Part shown: positions 39,492 through 53,387 of the stretch, piece by piece
How positions within the stretch are numbered: the first letter of the stretch is position 1
Layout of the letters: every line of letters begins with the position of its first letter
Assembly: GCF_006345805.1 (NCBI RefSeq)
Contig: NC_042999.1
Coordinates: 28,706,001-28,770,000 of the forward strand
Reading direction: 5' to 3'
Origin: Octopus sinensis
Lineage: Eukaryota
Length of the DNA stretch: 64,000 bases
Translations under genes and position numbers: made by a program
The notes under the pieces: model-generated
Told to the model about the DNA's origin: nothing
Databases searched by the model: none
Seen by the model: only the letters and a program-made list of their open reading frames with translations

Positions 39492-40330
39492 GCAGCAGTA
39501 ACAATGTGACTGCTGCATAGATTCGAAGGAAATTGACTGGTACCACGAAAGAGATTCAAGAAGTCTTTGAGAATCCATATGAATATTGTTGACTGTGAGA
39601 AATATAAATATCAAATGATACCTTGCTATATTATGTACAGAACTTTTCTTTTATCACCGCTACTGCATTGCTTAGAAGAAATATGAACAAAGTCATCGAT
39701 TTGCATGTTGGTAACCTCGGTGTAAAAATAAGAGGATTCAATATTGTGATGAAAAAATAAAGAAATAGCAATATTGTGATGAAATATCGGAAATTTATGA
39801 GTGAAGTGTAATTTATAGAGCAATGCTATTTTCTGAAAAGGCATAAACGAGCAAGCAATGCAATCTATGTGCTGTTACTAGCTGTAACTGTCAGAATGTA
39901 AGTGGTAGAAATTCCCCATATCGGGCACTACCGTTTTAAAACCAATTGAACACTTTGATGTTACTGCTGCAAACACATTTTATACGATGAGTTTGTCACA
40001 ATCAGCTTTACTCTTTGTCCATCATGATCATTCACGACACGAGGCTAAATAGCATCATTAAAAATATGATAGAATATCTGTTAAAATATCTTAAAATCAC
40101 TACATATCTTTAACATACATATTTGAAATGCTACAACTGTAGTGCAATATGTACAAAAATGTCTTATAGATAATAATTAGTGGTATGAAATTATATTTAT
40201 AGATATCTAGAAGTGTGTTTTGTGATGCAATATCTTAAAAATTGCGCTTTATATACAGTAACATATCAAAATGATTTTTGCTTCATTATCCAATTAAAAA
40301 GTAATTTTTATTTCTTCATTTTGCCATTGT

Positions 40331-40452
40331 ATACTCTTTTACTCTTTTACTCTTTTACTTGTTTCAATCATTTGACTGCGGCCATGCTGGAGCACCGCCT
40401 TTAGTCGAGCAAATCGACCCCAGTACTTATTCTATCGGTCTCTTTTACCGAA
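40331..40452 (-). mobile_element. SINE family A 3' fragment
   Basis: (TACTCTTT)n tail plus GACTGCGGCCATGCTGGAGCACCGCC. Confidence 0.8.
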
Positions 40453-41930
40453 ATGATTAATTATTTTGAATGATCAGTATATATTGTGTTGTATGAAATT
40501 GTCACATAAGGAAAGAAGAACAAATGATTCATTTCTATATTGCTATTTGGTAATGATAATTAATTCAAATCATTAAATTTGAAAATTTCACTATAACATG
40601 CACACACATTAACTTCAATATCCTGATTTAAATGTCAATCTCAGATGCAAATTCGCGTGATTTTTTTTTTCTTTTACAAACTGAAATATTTGCTTTCTTT
40701 ATTTAATATCACACTGAGTCTTAGAATCTGGAGTTTCAATTATGAAGATAAGCTGGGATTATGCGGTACCAAATGCTTCGTTCATGATGGTTAGCCCCAG
40801 GTCTGCTCCAGCTTTTTAAGGCCGTATTTTTTCTTAAATATATGTTTCAGGTTTAAAACATATTTCAAGGAGGAAACATCTTGTAGAGAGATAGTTTCTG
40901 CGTGAAACAGATTTGAAACACAGAATTTCAAACGAATTTTATTATCGAAAGAACAAGCAAAATGTATATTTACAAACGACAGATGTTTCTTTGAATAGAG
41001 GCAAATCTGATAGAAGAACTGCAGTTAAAATTATATTTTTTAGATTTTTTTAATCGAAATATTTACTTTTAATCTTTTTTCATAATTAACTTTCTTGTCA
41101 CTTCTTTCCATCTAACCATATTATCGTGATTTCAATCAGCACAAGTCGCACATGCTATCTAAGTAAAAATAACCTTCCATGAAATATAATTAACCTCCTA
41201 AATTCGATTCATTGCCGGTTTTAAAATTAGGTGAAAGGTGTTGCGTAGTTGCTAGTCCAAGCAACATAAACTGGGCAAATTCTAATTACTTGTCAGTAAA
41301 CAATTTGATGAAATGTAGAGTATTTGTTAAACTTTTCACTTTAAATGACACTTATTCAAAGGACAAATGTATATAAACTTTGCTATGTCTAGTTAATATT
41401 TTTTCTGTCTCTTCATTATGTTACTTCTAAACATATATGTAAGCATACAAAAAGTATCAATGTAATTCAAATAATTCGACCGGGTGGCAAAATATCTACC
41501 CTGCAGAAGAGCAGCAAAATATATCAAAATGACACCGGGTAAACAAAAAAACCATTACCAAAATAAGTAACAACTGTAAAACTATTTGAACTGTGCATTG
41601 AAGGAAACATGGAGGAGAATCTAAAATTTTAGACTGTGAGCGATCCACGGCATTAACAATTTATAGCACAGCAGAAAATAAAATTTACGTGAAAGCACCA
41701 TAGATCAGACGATAAGAAATAAGGTGACCGACAAACGGAAATGAATAAAGTGCAGTTGTGCGGAAAGTTATGTTACAGCTAAAAAATTAAGGAGAGGGGA
41801 AAATATTACAACAAGAAGTAATTGTGAGTTGGGTGATCATGCCTTTCTCTCTCTCTCTCTATTTCACACTCTCTGAATTACTATGACTATATGTTGGTCT
41901 TTTTCTGTATAGATATGTAACTATGTGCAG

Positions 41931-41988
<58 letters not shown>

Positions 41989-42028
41989 GGTGAGAAAGTT
42001 GGTGTGAGAAAGCACGTGGTTGAATATA

Positions 42029-42178
42029 TAGAAAATAGTAAAAAGTAAAAAAACTACAGAAGGCTTGTTTTAAAAGGTTAAAAAATATATATTTGAGCCA
42101 TTATATCAGAAGAATATATATTCTTTAACCTTTTAAAACAAGCCTTCTGTAGTTTTTTTCACTTTTTACTATTTTCTA
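42029..42178. repeat. Fold-back palindrome with ~65-bp arms and a 19-nt loop, lying between (TA)n tracts
   Basis: 42029-42093 is the reverse complement of 42113-42178 with 1-2 differences. Confidence 0.9.
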
Positions 42179-42193
42179 GATATATATTATATA

Positions 42194-42250
<57 letters not shown>

Positions 42251-43200
42251 TAGCAGTGAGAATGAGTGTTCAGTTGGATTAACATTATTAATTTGTGGGT
42301 CAACAACACTACCGATCATTATGAAAAAATTTATTTTCAATTATTTGCAAGCGTGGTACGCATCCATTTTGGTTGACAATACGTGGAGTTATACCAGCCT
42401 ATATGAGATATATAAATATCTAAATAGTAATGGTGATGGTGGGAAGTAACATATAAGAAACTCCTAATTGTTGCATCCCTTGAATTATACATTTGGCATG
42501 GGTTGGCTAACTATCTAACATCAGAACGTTGTAAATACACATACGTTCACACGCACATCGATACAAACTGCATTCACACACATACACTCACGCATATCGA
42601 TATCAAACTATTCATATCCTGTAAATTCGCAATTTCTGCGACTGACACTACATAAACCTAATTATTGTAACGTATGAAACGGAATCATTACTGAAAGTAC
42701 TGGTGTATTTCAATATTGCAAAATTGTAAACCTTGCAAAAGATAAAACGGGAAAATTATGCTGGGGTAGAATTTCATTGATTATAAAGTTTAAAGGGAAC
42801 ATGAAAAGCAAACCTTTCGGCATTACTTGAAAAGGGCATATAATTTGAATACAAACTATAGAGTCTCTTACGGCTGTTTGTAGAATAGGTAAATTCATGG
42901 ATCATCATATTAAATAGGGATTCCATAGGCTGAGCATCAGAGAGGGAGTTATCAGAGAAATGTAAAAGAGAGAGAAAATCTGCAGTCGAGGATATCAGTG
43001 TATTTTAGTTTGTCAAGAATGGGGGAAGAATGAGAGTAAAATAGGAATGCATTAGATAGATTCATGATCAAATGATAAATAGTTACAGGTAATTACCATT
43101 AGCGGTTTCAAATGAAAATTTTCAATGATAATCCCTAGCAAGGAATAATGGAAGGTTGAATATATATATTATATATAATATATATATATTATATATATAT

Positions 43201-43500
43201 ATATTATATTAAATTAGAGATAAAACCACTATTAGGCAAATCAAACAATGAATAACTTAAGCCAATACATAAAATTAAATCTTTCAATCACCTGAAGATT
43301 TACTGTAACCATAACTCGAATTATTACGAATTGGACAACCATGAAACGATCGTAGTGTTTTACTCATTATATTTTATTAAACTTTTAATAATTTTGATAT
43401 ATATTTAAAATAATATAAATAAATTAATTTTATGTATTGGCTTAAGTTTTTCATTGTTTGATTTGCCTAATAGTGGTTTTATCTCTAATTTAATATAATA
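43201..43500. repeat. Fold-back with ~77-bp arms enclosing a hammerhead-like motif
   Basis: 43201-43278 versus 43424-43500, one mismatch seen. Confidence 0.9.
43287..43359 (+). ncRNA. Hammerhead-like motif (weak stems I and II)
   Basis: CAC CUGAAGA ...44 nt... GAAAC GAUC GUA GUG; palindromic ACGAUCGU stem III; GUA triplet. Confidence 0.5.
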
Positions 43501-43587
43501 TAATATTTTACTATAACATTGGATTCAATCCTAAATCTGATTTTTCCCTGTAAGTTTGGATTTATTCCCTAATATTTTATTATTAAT

Positions 43588-43665
<78 letters not shown>

Positions 43666-43899
43666 GTGTGTGTATGTATGTATATATATCGCGGTGAATT
43701 TTGTTAAGCAGCGCCGATTTAACTCTTCTGTAAATAATAATAAGAGTATTATTATAAGGTGAAAGCTTCTAAACGATCACCGCGCAATAGCCAAATATAA
43801 TAGTCTAATAATGGGTCATATAAGTCCTTGACAGAAAAAAAGGTAGGTTTTTCCCGCATACGCACACACACACATACACATTTACTCGTACACACACAC

Positions 43900-45250
43900 A
43901 CATGGGTTTCTACTCTTTCCTGATGAGGAGTATAAAATTCGTACTGACCTGTCATGACCTCTTAAATGGAAGAGTTATTTACTGGCGAATTATTGTTTGT
44001 CGGGGAAAGGCAGCAAAACAAAGACAATCCCAAATGATACTCGCAATTTCTATAGAGGAAGACAAGAGAGATAGTTCGAATTGTAGAGAAATCTCGCTGT
44101 AAAGTCTACCTGGTAGAATCTACGTTAAGTACCTGGAAAAGAAATATGGGGAAAACACCGAACCCTAGCTTGCTGAGGGTGAACCTGTCTCCTATCCTCA
44201 TTGCAATACAACCGACAATATATTAATTATACAATAGTCCATCAGTTAATCGCAGCAATATTGCCAGGAATTGTGCTTTTCCTTTGTCGATCTGGAACAT
44301 GTAAACGACCGCGTGTCTTCAGATGCCATCATATACCTTTAAACGCGGGTGTTGGACTTCGGAATATGTACGTATTGTCACCTCTACTTTTAATACTTGC
44401 TATGAAGGGGATCGAATGGCGCCGCTGTAGTGGGAATGATATCAAAATGTATGGGTATAGGATTGGTTGGCTACTATTTGCATATTATATGATGCAACTT
44501 GGTTCATAATAATGTGACCTCCGACATGTAGTGAATGGGTTAACTACCGAGTGCTGCTAGAGAGGGATGAGAATTATTTTTGCTCTTGTTGAGACATCAG
44601 TTCTCTCAATAGTCTTCACAGAGAATTTTGCTTGTTAGTATAAAAATGAAATAAGGGTATATTTTTAAGTAACTCGCGGTCATATTCACCCATGATGGGA
44701 AGCAGGAGTCTGAGTTGGATGCTTGGGTTGCAGGTACTAGCACATTATTCGAGCGTCCGATGAGAGGTGGTTAATAAAACACAAGTTACCTTCAATTCAG
44801 ATTTCGGATCTATCCACTCTTATCGTCATGCATATAACTAACGAGTGAAAGTTTACTGTCATAAATTCAAGAGGGATTAAACGGGATTCCTCCAAATCAC
44901 CACTGTAATAACATTTTTCGACCGGGTACTTAAACAGAAGCACAAAGCATCTCTGCAGGCCGGTTTACTACTTCTCCGTATTTAGAGGTCACATCCTTAG
45001 TTTACGGATTTATTATTAGAATGTGGCTGGAAAATATCGCAAAACGGAATTTTCACGTCGATCAACCCATCATAAGAAAAATGTGTAAATCAAATGCGGA
45101 ATATTGTGATATCATCTCTCGTCTCAGTTGGACATGGTTGAGAATCCAGCTGTAATGACAATTGTTTCTGAAAAGATAGTATGAAAGAACTGCTTAACCA
45201 TGAGACTTCCAGTAATGTTGTGTGGAGAAACAATTGTTGGATATGTTTAT
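43900..45250 (+). mobile_element. Heavily decayed RTE-clade LINE RT region
   Basis: DSSNCREISL..LPGRIY; GVGLRNMYVLSPLLLILAM...GWLLFAYYMMQLGS (degenerate QGCVLSP and FADD); VIFTHDGKQESELDA. Confidence 0.75.
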
Positions 45251-45398
45251 TTCAATAGGTCAACTCACACATTCACATACATATATTGATGTATATAAGC
45301 ATATGTGCATTTATTACACGTGTGTGTGCATATATGTAACTGTTTATGTATGCATCTTTATCTATATTTATAGCTATCTATCTCGATATGTATATATA

Positions 45399-45473
<75 letters not shown>

Positions 45474-45474
<1 letters not shown>

Positions 45475-45810
45475 TGTTGGCATCCTTTTTGTCTCGGAAG
45501 ACAATGGAGTTGCGCATAAAGTAGTCTAGTCCGGCTTTTACATTTCATGTCCTGATACATTTCCTGCTGTGGCTGTGTAGTCCTATCCTGGACAAACACT
45601 CCCTCTGGCAGGTACCGCGAATGTAGCGAATACTGTTCCTGGCTGGTTGTAATGCCATAGTTTCTTGTTGACGTATTTTCTTGTCTTTCTATTTCTCCTC
45701 TCTCTCTCTGTCACTCCTTTGTATTCCCTCTCCTACGGTACGTCGCCAGTCTCCACGGTGCCGGCAACTGCCTCCCAACCACTAATATTGATGTTGCAGG
45801 CCTTACCACC

Positions 45811-45812
<2 letters not shown>
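45474..45812 (-). mobile_element. RTE/BovB-type LINE 3' end
   Basis: [21 protein letters not shown] and CQRECLSRIGLHSHSRKC C-terminal motif. Confidence 0.8.
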
Positions 45813-45906
<94 letters not shown>

Positions 45907-45910
45907 TATA

Positions 45911-45967
<57 letters not shown>

Positions 45968-45991
45968 ATACACACAAGTATGTTTATATGC

Positions 45992-46078
45992 GACAGGTTT
46001 CTTTTAGTTTTCGTCTACGAAATCCACTGATATGACAAGGCTTTCGTGGGACCGGGGCTATAGTAACAGACACTTGAC
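45992..46078 (-). mobile_element. SINE family A middle fragment
   Basis: TTTCTTTTAGTTTTCGTCTACGAAATCCAC...AAGGCTTT...GGGGCTATAGTA matches 34072-34140. Confidence 0.65.
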
Positions 46079-47382
46079 TAATGATGAATACAGGAGACTT
46101 GTGTGACATACGTTTCACATTCTGCATCTTTTTCACATGACTTATCATAAATTATCACTAAATCATACCTCAAGACAAACTATGTCATTTCAAATGAGAA
46201 CTTGAGAAGATATTTGATAATATACTATTGAAATAATTGTTCGAAAAATGGCGTGAGTGGTCATCGCTGAAGTATTCTTATGTTATGAAAATGTTGCATT
46301 AACCAAAACAAAAAAAATATAGGATAGCGGTCAGAATAGCAATGATTTATTGGCACTATTCTAATTAGCCAGAGCTTATTTCACAAGTGATTGTCAGCTC
46401 AAAGCTTGATAGCCATCAATCCAGTTAATTGCTGAATACCTGACAATTGATACGTTCTACTATTTAGGCTTCTCGTTTCTAAAACAAATAGTCTATTACG
46501 AATGATTTGCCTTCTGACAGGAAGGGAAACATGTCAACACACAGCTCTGAAAGCACAGATCTTTCACGCCCGTTTCGTCTTTTCCTCTACACACTCTCCA
46601 ATGCTCTCAATATCTCTCTATCCTTCTCTCTCTCACTCTCTCTCTCTCTTGTTCTTTATCTCTCTATCTCTCTTGTTCTTTCATTCTCTTTCTCGCTCAG
46701 CCATACACACACAAGCACAAAAAGAAGCACACAAACACGTGCACCCCAATACACATACAAACGCACACGCAAACATATTCGTACGTAGATACTATCTCAC
46801 AGACATTTATGTGTGAATACTTATATGCATGAATGCATATCTAATGAATATATTATATATGCATATATGCTTATGTAATATATACACATACATATGTACA
46901 TCATCTACATATAAAAGAGTATGGGATCGACTGTTTAAAAACAATATCACATCGTTTGACGTTTTGCATTATATGGCTTTGTTCCCGACACTCGTTACCA
47001 TGTCAAAAATTATAATTAACAGAGTATCATGAGTCCTCTACTTTACAAACACTCAATTGAAATTTAAATGTTTCCTTATATGAAATACTGAATATTCAAT
47101 ATAAATTTAAAATACAAAATATTAAATATTAAAGTTAATTCTAAGTATATATTTTGTGGATTTTTAACGTTTATTTCAAAATTTCAAAATATACAATGTT
47201 ATTAATAATATTTAGGGTGTAAAAGATATGTGTATGCTATTATATGTATATGTACACAAACACACACGCACAAACACACACATACATACACACACACACA
47301 TATAAGTAAGGATAACATCGATATTTTAATACAGGTCTTAGATGGCCAGCATGGAAATAAAAACTATATATATATATATATA

Positions 47383-47428
47383 AAACAAATCTTTTTTCTT
47401 AAACTTTCGTAACACATACACAAATATG

Positions 47429-47462
<34 letters not shown>

Positions 47463-47522
47463 ATATATACATATATACATATTTGTGTATGTGTTACGAT
47501 AGTTTAAGAAAAATATTTGTTT
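47383..47522. repeat. (TA)n-centred fold-back with ~50-bp arms
   Basis: TTCTTAAACTTTCGTAACACATACACAAATATG versus CATATTTGTGTATGTGTTACGATAGTTTAAGAA. Confidence 0.88.
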
Positions 47523-47544
47523 CATATCTAGCGTGAACTACACA

Positions 47545-48468
47545 TCTCTTCAGTTTCTCTAAGCATTAACCGTTCTCTGCAAAGAATGTTTGCTTCAAAA
47601 CACGAGAACGCCGGTGATAGTTCAAGAAATAATCCTCTTTAAATGTATGGCGAGGCGAGTTGTCTTCCTTGACTTGATAGCTAGGTTTTCCAATTTTGAA
47701 GTAAACATTTCCGAAAATGTGGACAACTCTCCACGGCTTCCATCCTGGAGTTATGGTAGCTTCCTGGCTCATGTGAGTTCATGAGAATTATAAATCTTTA
47801 TGGTAAACACAATTTACACAGTCTTGATCCATTACGACAGGGTCCACAAATTTCCAATAATTTCCGCCTGATGTTAAAGGGCGTATGATCGTCCTTTAGG
47901 CGCTATACGTATGCTGCAAGGGTTGTTGTGTTCTATTTTACCGGGTCCCTAAAAGATCTGTGATTGCTCAGGCAAATTAAAAATCTGTATTCACAAGATC
48001 TGACACAAATTTTACTTTGTGTCCCTGTGATGGCATTGGTGTTATTGATATTTGTGCTGCTTCTGTTTGAGGCTATCTTTGCTTGGTACACTGTAGGCTC
48101 AGTATAACATCGGCCGTCAGAGGGCATTCATTCCTAATCCTGCATGAACAACCTGCCCCTGTCCCTGGCTTAAGATTGCTAAGTAATTGATTCGTAATAT
48201 TGTGTTTAACCAGAAATATTTATAATTCGCATGAACTCACATAGGCCAGGAGGCTACCTTAAATCCAGGTCCGAAGCCTTGTGGAGTTGTTCACATTTTC
48301 AGAAACTTCTTCTTAAAAACTGGAAAACCTAGCTATCAAGCGAAGAAAGACAGCTCGCCTGGCAACATTTTAAAAGAGGATTGTCTCTTGAACTGTCGCC
48401 AGCGTTTTTGTGTTTGAAAACAAATATTCTTTGCAGAGAACGGTTACTGTTTAGAGAACCTGAAGAGG
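47545..48468. mobile_element. ~920-bp non-coding element with ~250-bp diverged terminal inverted repeats
   Basis: 47545-47795 aligns as the reverse complement of 48218-48468 along its length, with many substitutions; ~420-bp spacer. Confidence 0.75.
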
Positions 48469-48592
48469 ACTTTGCCTTTCATCCTTTCGGGCTCGATAAA
48501 TTAAGTATCAGTTACGCACTGGGGTCGATATAATCGACTTAGTCTGTTTGTCCTCTCTGTGTTTAGCCCCTTGTGGGGAGTAAAGAAATAGA
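48468..48592 (+). mobile_element. SINE family B 3' half
   Basis: GACTTTGCCTTTCATCCTTTCGGG...GCCCCTTGTGGGGAGTAAAGAAATA. Confidence 0.85.
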
Positions 48593-51500
48593 TATGAACC
48601 TAATGGTATATGTATAAGTATATGGTATATGTATATGTATGTATATATATATAATAAGAAAATGCAGAAAACCTAAGATTGACAAAAACATCGATTGGAC
48701 AATATTCATAGCTTATTTTTAATGAAAGCATGACGTAACAAATAGGTGACATAACAAAAACGGTGTGGTTGTGCTATAATATTTTGTATATATATACATA
48801 TTGTATAACAACACCGTTTTTTACCACTATTTTATGATTGATGATTATGAGCGAATAGAAGCAAATGCAAATTTGACATATGTTGATATTCATGTGTGTG
48901 TGTGTGTGTATCAGAATGAATATCCGCTTATCTTCATTCTCGTAATATTTAGAAGTTCGTTCTGTATTTGGCTTGCTTATTGTAAATAAACAGCGTGTAA
49001 ATGATGGATTTTGTGTAGTATGAGCCACGTGACGAAAGGTGATGTGGAAGGCACAAATATATCAATGAAGGCCATGCTTTCTGAAATATGATTTTAGAAA
49101 ATCCTATTCTAATTTTCTCCATAGAAATGTATAATTCAAGTATCAAGCATGAATTTCTTATGTTATTCGAGGTAGGGGAAGCGGGCTTTTTTATTGATAA
49201 ACTGTAAAAGAAGGATTTGTAATATATGTTATTCGTTTTCAAGATTGCAAGTATTAAATCGTAATACTTCAACGTTGAATGTCGAAAAGCGTTAAGTATT
49301 CATAATTCCTTAGAAGAAAATATAGAACTTTTAATATGAATGTGCATGAAGAAGTGTCATGGCAGATGGAAAATAAGGTTCCACTTTATGTTTGTATTGC
49401 CTGATACGTTTTATAACGATAAATATGACAGCATATAGAAGTAGATACAAGGATGAAGAAAAAAGACACAAGAAATACGAAAACAAATACTCAGTGTGAG
49501 CCCATTTAAATTGTAGCTCATATGATTTTTGTTTGCATTTTGTTTCAGGTGATAACCATTCAACCAAAATACAGCTCTTTATATATCAACTGACGTATTC
49601 AATTGAATTGGTGGCATATCTTAAACACTATTGCTTAAAGTCATGTCAATTTTTGTGAAGAATGGAATGTCTTATTACGACGAAACTATTCTAGTTAAGG
49701 GTTTCTCATCCTACATTTATATGTATATAATATATTCACAGTAGAGTGGTATCACTTCTTTATCTATCTCAATAAACACACATGCGCACGTGCACACGCA
49801 CACATTCATTGCAATCCTACATCTATACTGTATGTTACTTTTTGCTGCGTAACTTGTTAAAATCATATATACCATCTTTTATTTGTATACTTGAATTATA
49901 TAATAGATCAAAATTTAATTGTGGATTTTAATGATCAATACACTATTAGAATCCTGAAGTCCGTCAGCACGCATTATCATTGCAACAGCAGACAGATTTT
50001 CAAGTGATATTTTTTCCGCACATTACGTTCTAGATTCAATTTTGTTTTAAAGAAAATGAAATAAAATCATAATGAATTCTGCTTTACACAACTATACCGC
50101 TTTGCATATATATCATTGACATTAGAATTTTCAAGTGATATTTTTTCCGCACATTACGTTCTAGATTCAAATTTTGCGATAGTCATTCCTCATTCCTTGA
50201 TAAAATAAAATGCCTGTCAAGTTACTAAAGTTGCCAGTATCGACTAACGCACTTCCTTCAAAATTCCTAGCCTTGTGCCAAAATTTGAAACAATTTACTA
50301 GATTCATCTAAAATTGTTAACCCCTTCAAACAAGTTTACAAATAGATTTACAAATAGAGAATTAGTTATTAAATAAATACATTTTTACTTAAAAGAATGT
50401 ACAGCCGCATATGATATTGTTTTTATGTTCCTCTTCATTCTCATAGTTGATGTATATGTCCGATGATCCATCTTCCTGCTGAGCTACGATGAAGATATTA
50501 CAGATGTACTGCTGTGTTGGGCATTGTTTCGAAAATATTTTATGAGAAAAATTTTAAAGCTTATTCTCATCTAATTATGGCATAAAATGTTATGGCGGTT
50601 AATTTTGAACACCCATAGTTCGAACAAGGAAAGCTCTGTACATGAAATGTAGCTAATTGAAACAAGCTGTTTTTATGTTATTGTCAATTACGTTGTAACT
50701 TTAAAGAGAATTTTTAAAACAATTATATTTTGAACTTTATGTCGTACAAACAAACGAGGATTTTTATGGGTGCAACAACAAAGGCATGCAAAGGGCTAAT
50801 ACGTTTAACTACATTTATAGCTGATCCATGAAAGCTCGTTCCAAAATTCCTCCTTTATAAGAACTAACTTATTTTAGGTGAATTCGAGTAAACGTCAGGT
50901 CTATCATATTCATTTCAAGGTTAATATCCTCATTTTTTGATATATTCATATCTAGGCTTACATGGCGTATGGCATGTCTTCAGTATTTTCGGACTAAAAT
51001 ATTCATTTCCCTCTCCAGTTCCAACTCTAGCCGATGCTCCTATAAATGTTTCACTCAGAATTAGCAACGACAAGGGCATGTAAATAGGCATTCGTGTAAA
51101 TATAATTAGAACAGCATTTATGGCTCTTCATGATGCTATAATATTAATATGAATAAGACGCATGCAAAAGGGATTTATGAAGTATTTTCCGTATATACGT
51201 TTCAGGATAGGGTGTCTTTGAAATTACAATTAGAAAAGTAAATAAAAAAAAAAATTCATTTATTCTGTTCCTAAATATATGTATTAATATATCAACACTT
51301 TCTGTTTTGATAGAACAGAAAACACTCTTCAGTTATGCTGGAAGTAATGAATAATGCCTCTAATGAACTTATATATTAACACCTTTTTAGTGAATAAGAA
51401 TTCACTTATATCACATTTCATTATATAGTTGTCTAGAATTTATATAGAACCGTATCGTATATATTAGAACATTGCCTTATACAAAATATATTATAATGGC

Positions 51501-52341
51501 TATATTAGATGCAACATTTAAAGTATATTTTAACAATATTTGAAATATCTCCCATTTAACTGCTGTAGGAGTTTTAAAACAATAAGAACATTCTAACGTC
51601 AATGATATATATGCAAAGCTGTATAGTTGCGTAAAGCAGAATTCATTAATATGATTACATTTCAATTTCTTTAAAACAAAATTTGGAATTACTTCTCTCC
51701 ATCGTTGATACTTCAGCTTATACTTCTCTAATACAAAGCAAAAGTTTATTCACTGCAATTTATAAGTAGCAGACTAACCATACATATTTAACTGTTAGTT
51801 AAAATTTTGCAGATTGTTATATGAGCTCTCCGTTTAAAATGACATACCTTGAGATGTAAAATATTTAGATCAGTGTCGTAATGATAATTACATTCGAAAT
51901 CTTCTCGATGGAAGAATGTAAATCATATGTGAATGGTATATATATATATGCAATGTTGAATATTTGTTTAAAACAGTCTACTTTAATAAGCTTGCTTTAA
52001 TTTTCTTTAGAACAAAATTTGGAGATATTTCTGTCAATCTTTAAGGCTCAATTAATATTTCTCTGATGAGAAGCAAAATCTTCATTCACTTAGAAACTAT
52101 AGTTAACAGAATATGTTACAAACTAGATTCGCGTTCACATGTTCTCAAAGCAAGAAAATATATATTAGTACATGGTTCTAAACAGGAATGTAAATGGAGA
52201 ATATGTCTCCTCGCCTACCTATGTTAATGGTTCATCTACTAAACGAACATACCATCACGCCAAGTTGTTTGACTTCATAGAAGCCCATTACATCATGGAA
52301 AAAATTTGAGATAAGATACTCAAATTAGTGCAACAAGACCA

Positions 52342-52597
52342 GCAATGCACAATACGTCTGATATTGTGGTTATATTTAGTCGTGACAAACAACCATGCGG
52401 TACCCACAACTCCAGTACATCATTTTATGATCAAATTTTCATTCTTTTTTTACAAAAAAATACATGTTACCCAAAGGAATTAAATATCGATAACTAAAAA
52501 GAAAAAGATATATATTCTACTAGAAAACGATACAACATGGTTAGATTAATTCTGATGTATTTCTGAGGATTGCAACTAAACACTGCATTTAAGTACA
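52342..52597 (+). repeat. Direct repeat copy 1 (~255 bp)
   Basis: Similar to 53388-53637 throughout. Confidence 0.88.
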
Positions 52598-52614
52598 AGA
52601 TCAGCAATATTTTC

Positions 52615-53045
52615 GGATCTTTTCGGTTTGAACGGCAGTTTTTAACATAATTTCTAAGTAACTAAAAAATTTTAAACTTCGTATACTGGTAGAATGTGTT
52701 TATAAAACATCTTTTTCTCTTGGCTTTATTGAGAACATTCTATAGTTTGTAAGATAGTTGGTCTTTAATTTCTTGCATTTCGGCAATTTCAACCAATCAA
52801 TGACCGTCTATTGAGGTGAAAACATTCTGTACCGTATGAATATGTCCCTCGTTTAAGAAACAGATTGGGTTTATTTACATTTGTGAAGAAAACAAAATAT
52901 ACCCTTCCCCCCACCCCTAACCCTAACTAACCCTAACCCCCAAAACAGATTGAAATGCAATAGATCGATACGAGTGTCATAATTATGGGTGACAATTTCA
53001 TATGATACCGCTAGAAAAAAACTGCCGTTCAAAACGAAAAGATCC
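52615..53045. mobile_element. MITE with ~29-bp TIRs and an internal CCCTAA tract
   Basis: GGATCTTTTCGGTTTGAACGGCAGTTTTT ... AAAAAACTGCCGTTCAAAACGAAAAGATCC. Confidence 0.85.
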
Positions 53046-53387
53046 ATATCTGCTTAACACGACAAGTCACAATCAAAACTATCTTAACTTTTATCGTGAA
53101 GGAAATTACATTGAATAATTCATAGTGGATAAATTTTGTCAATTTTTGTCATTGTTTACGTTGTCTTGGCACAGGTTAGGCATAATCTCTCACATCTGAG
53201 ATCAAACATAAAACTGACACCATCGCGTACTTTGTTTTGGGGTGTAAAGATACTGACTCGATGCAGAAATGACTTTATATTTCAAGATGTCTACGCAGAA
53301 AGCATCCTAGGAAGCGCCAGGAACGATATATCTTATTTCTTACCACTTCAAGAAATCAAAGAGAGATATAATCCTAAAAATCCCATA

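Noticed and set aside
52912-52942. CCCTAA repeats as an interstitial telomere
   Set aside because: Only about three imperfect units, and they lie inside a MITE.
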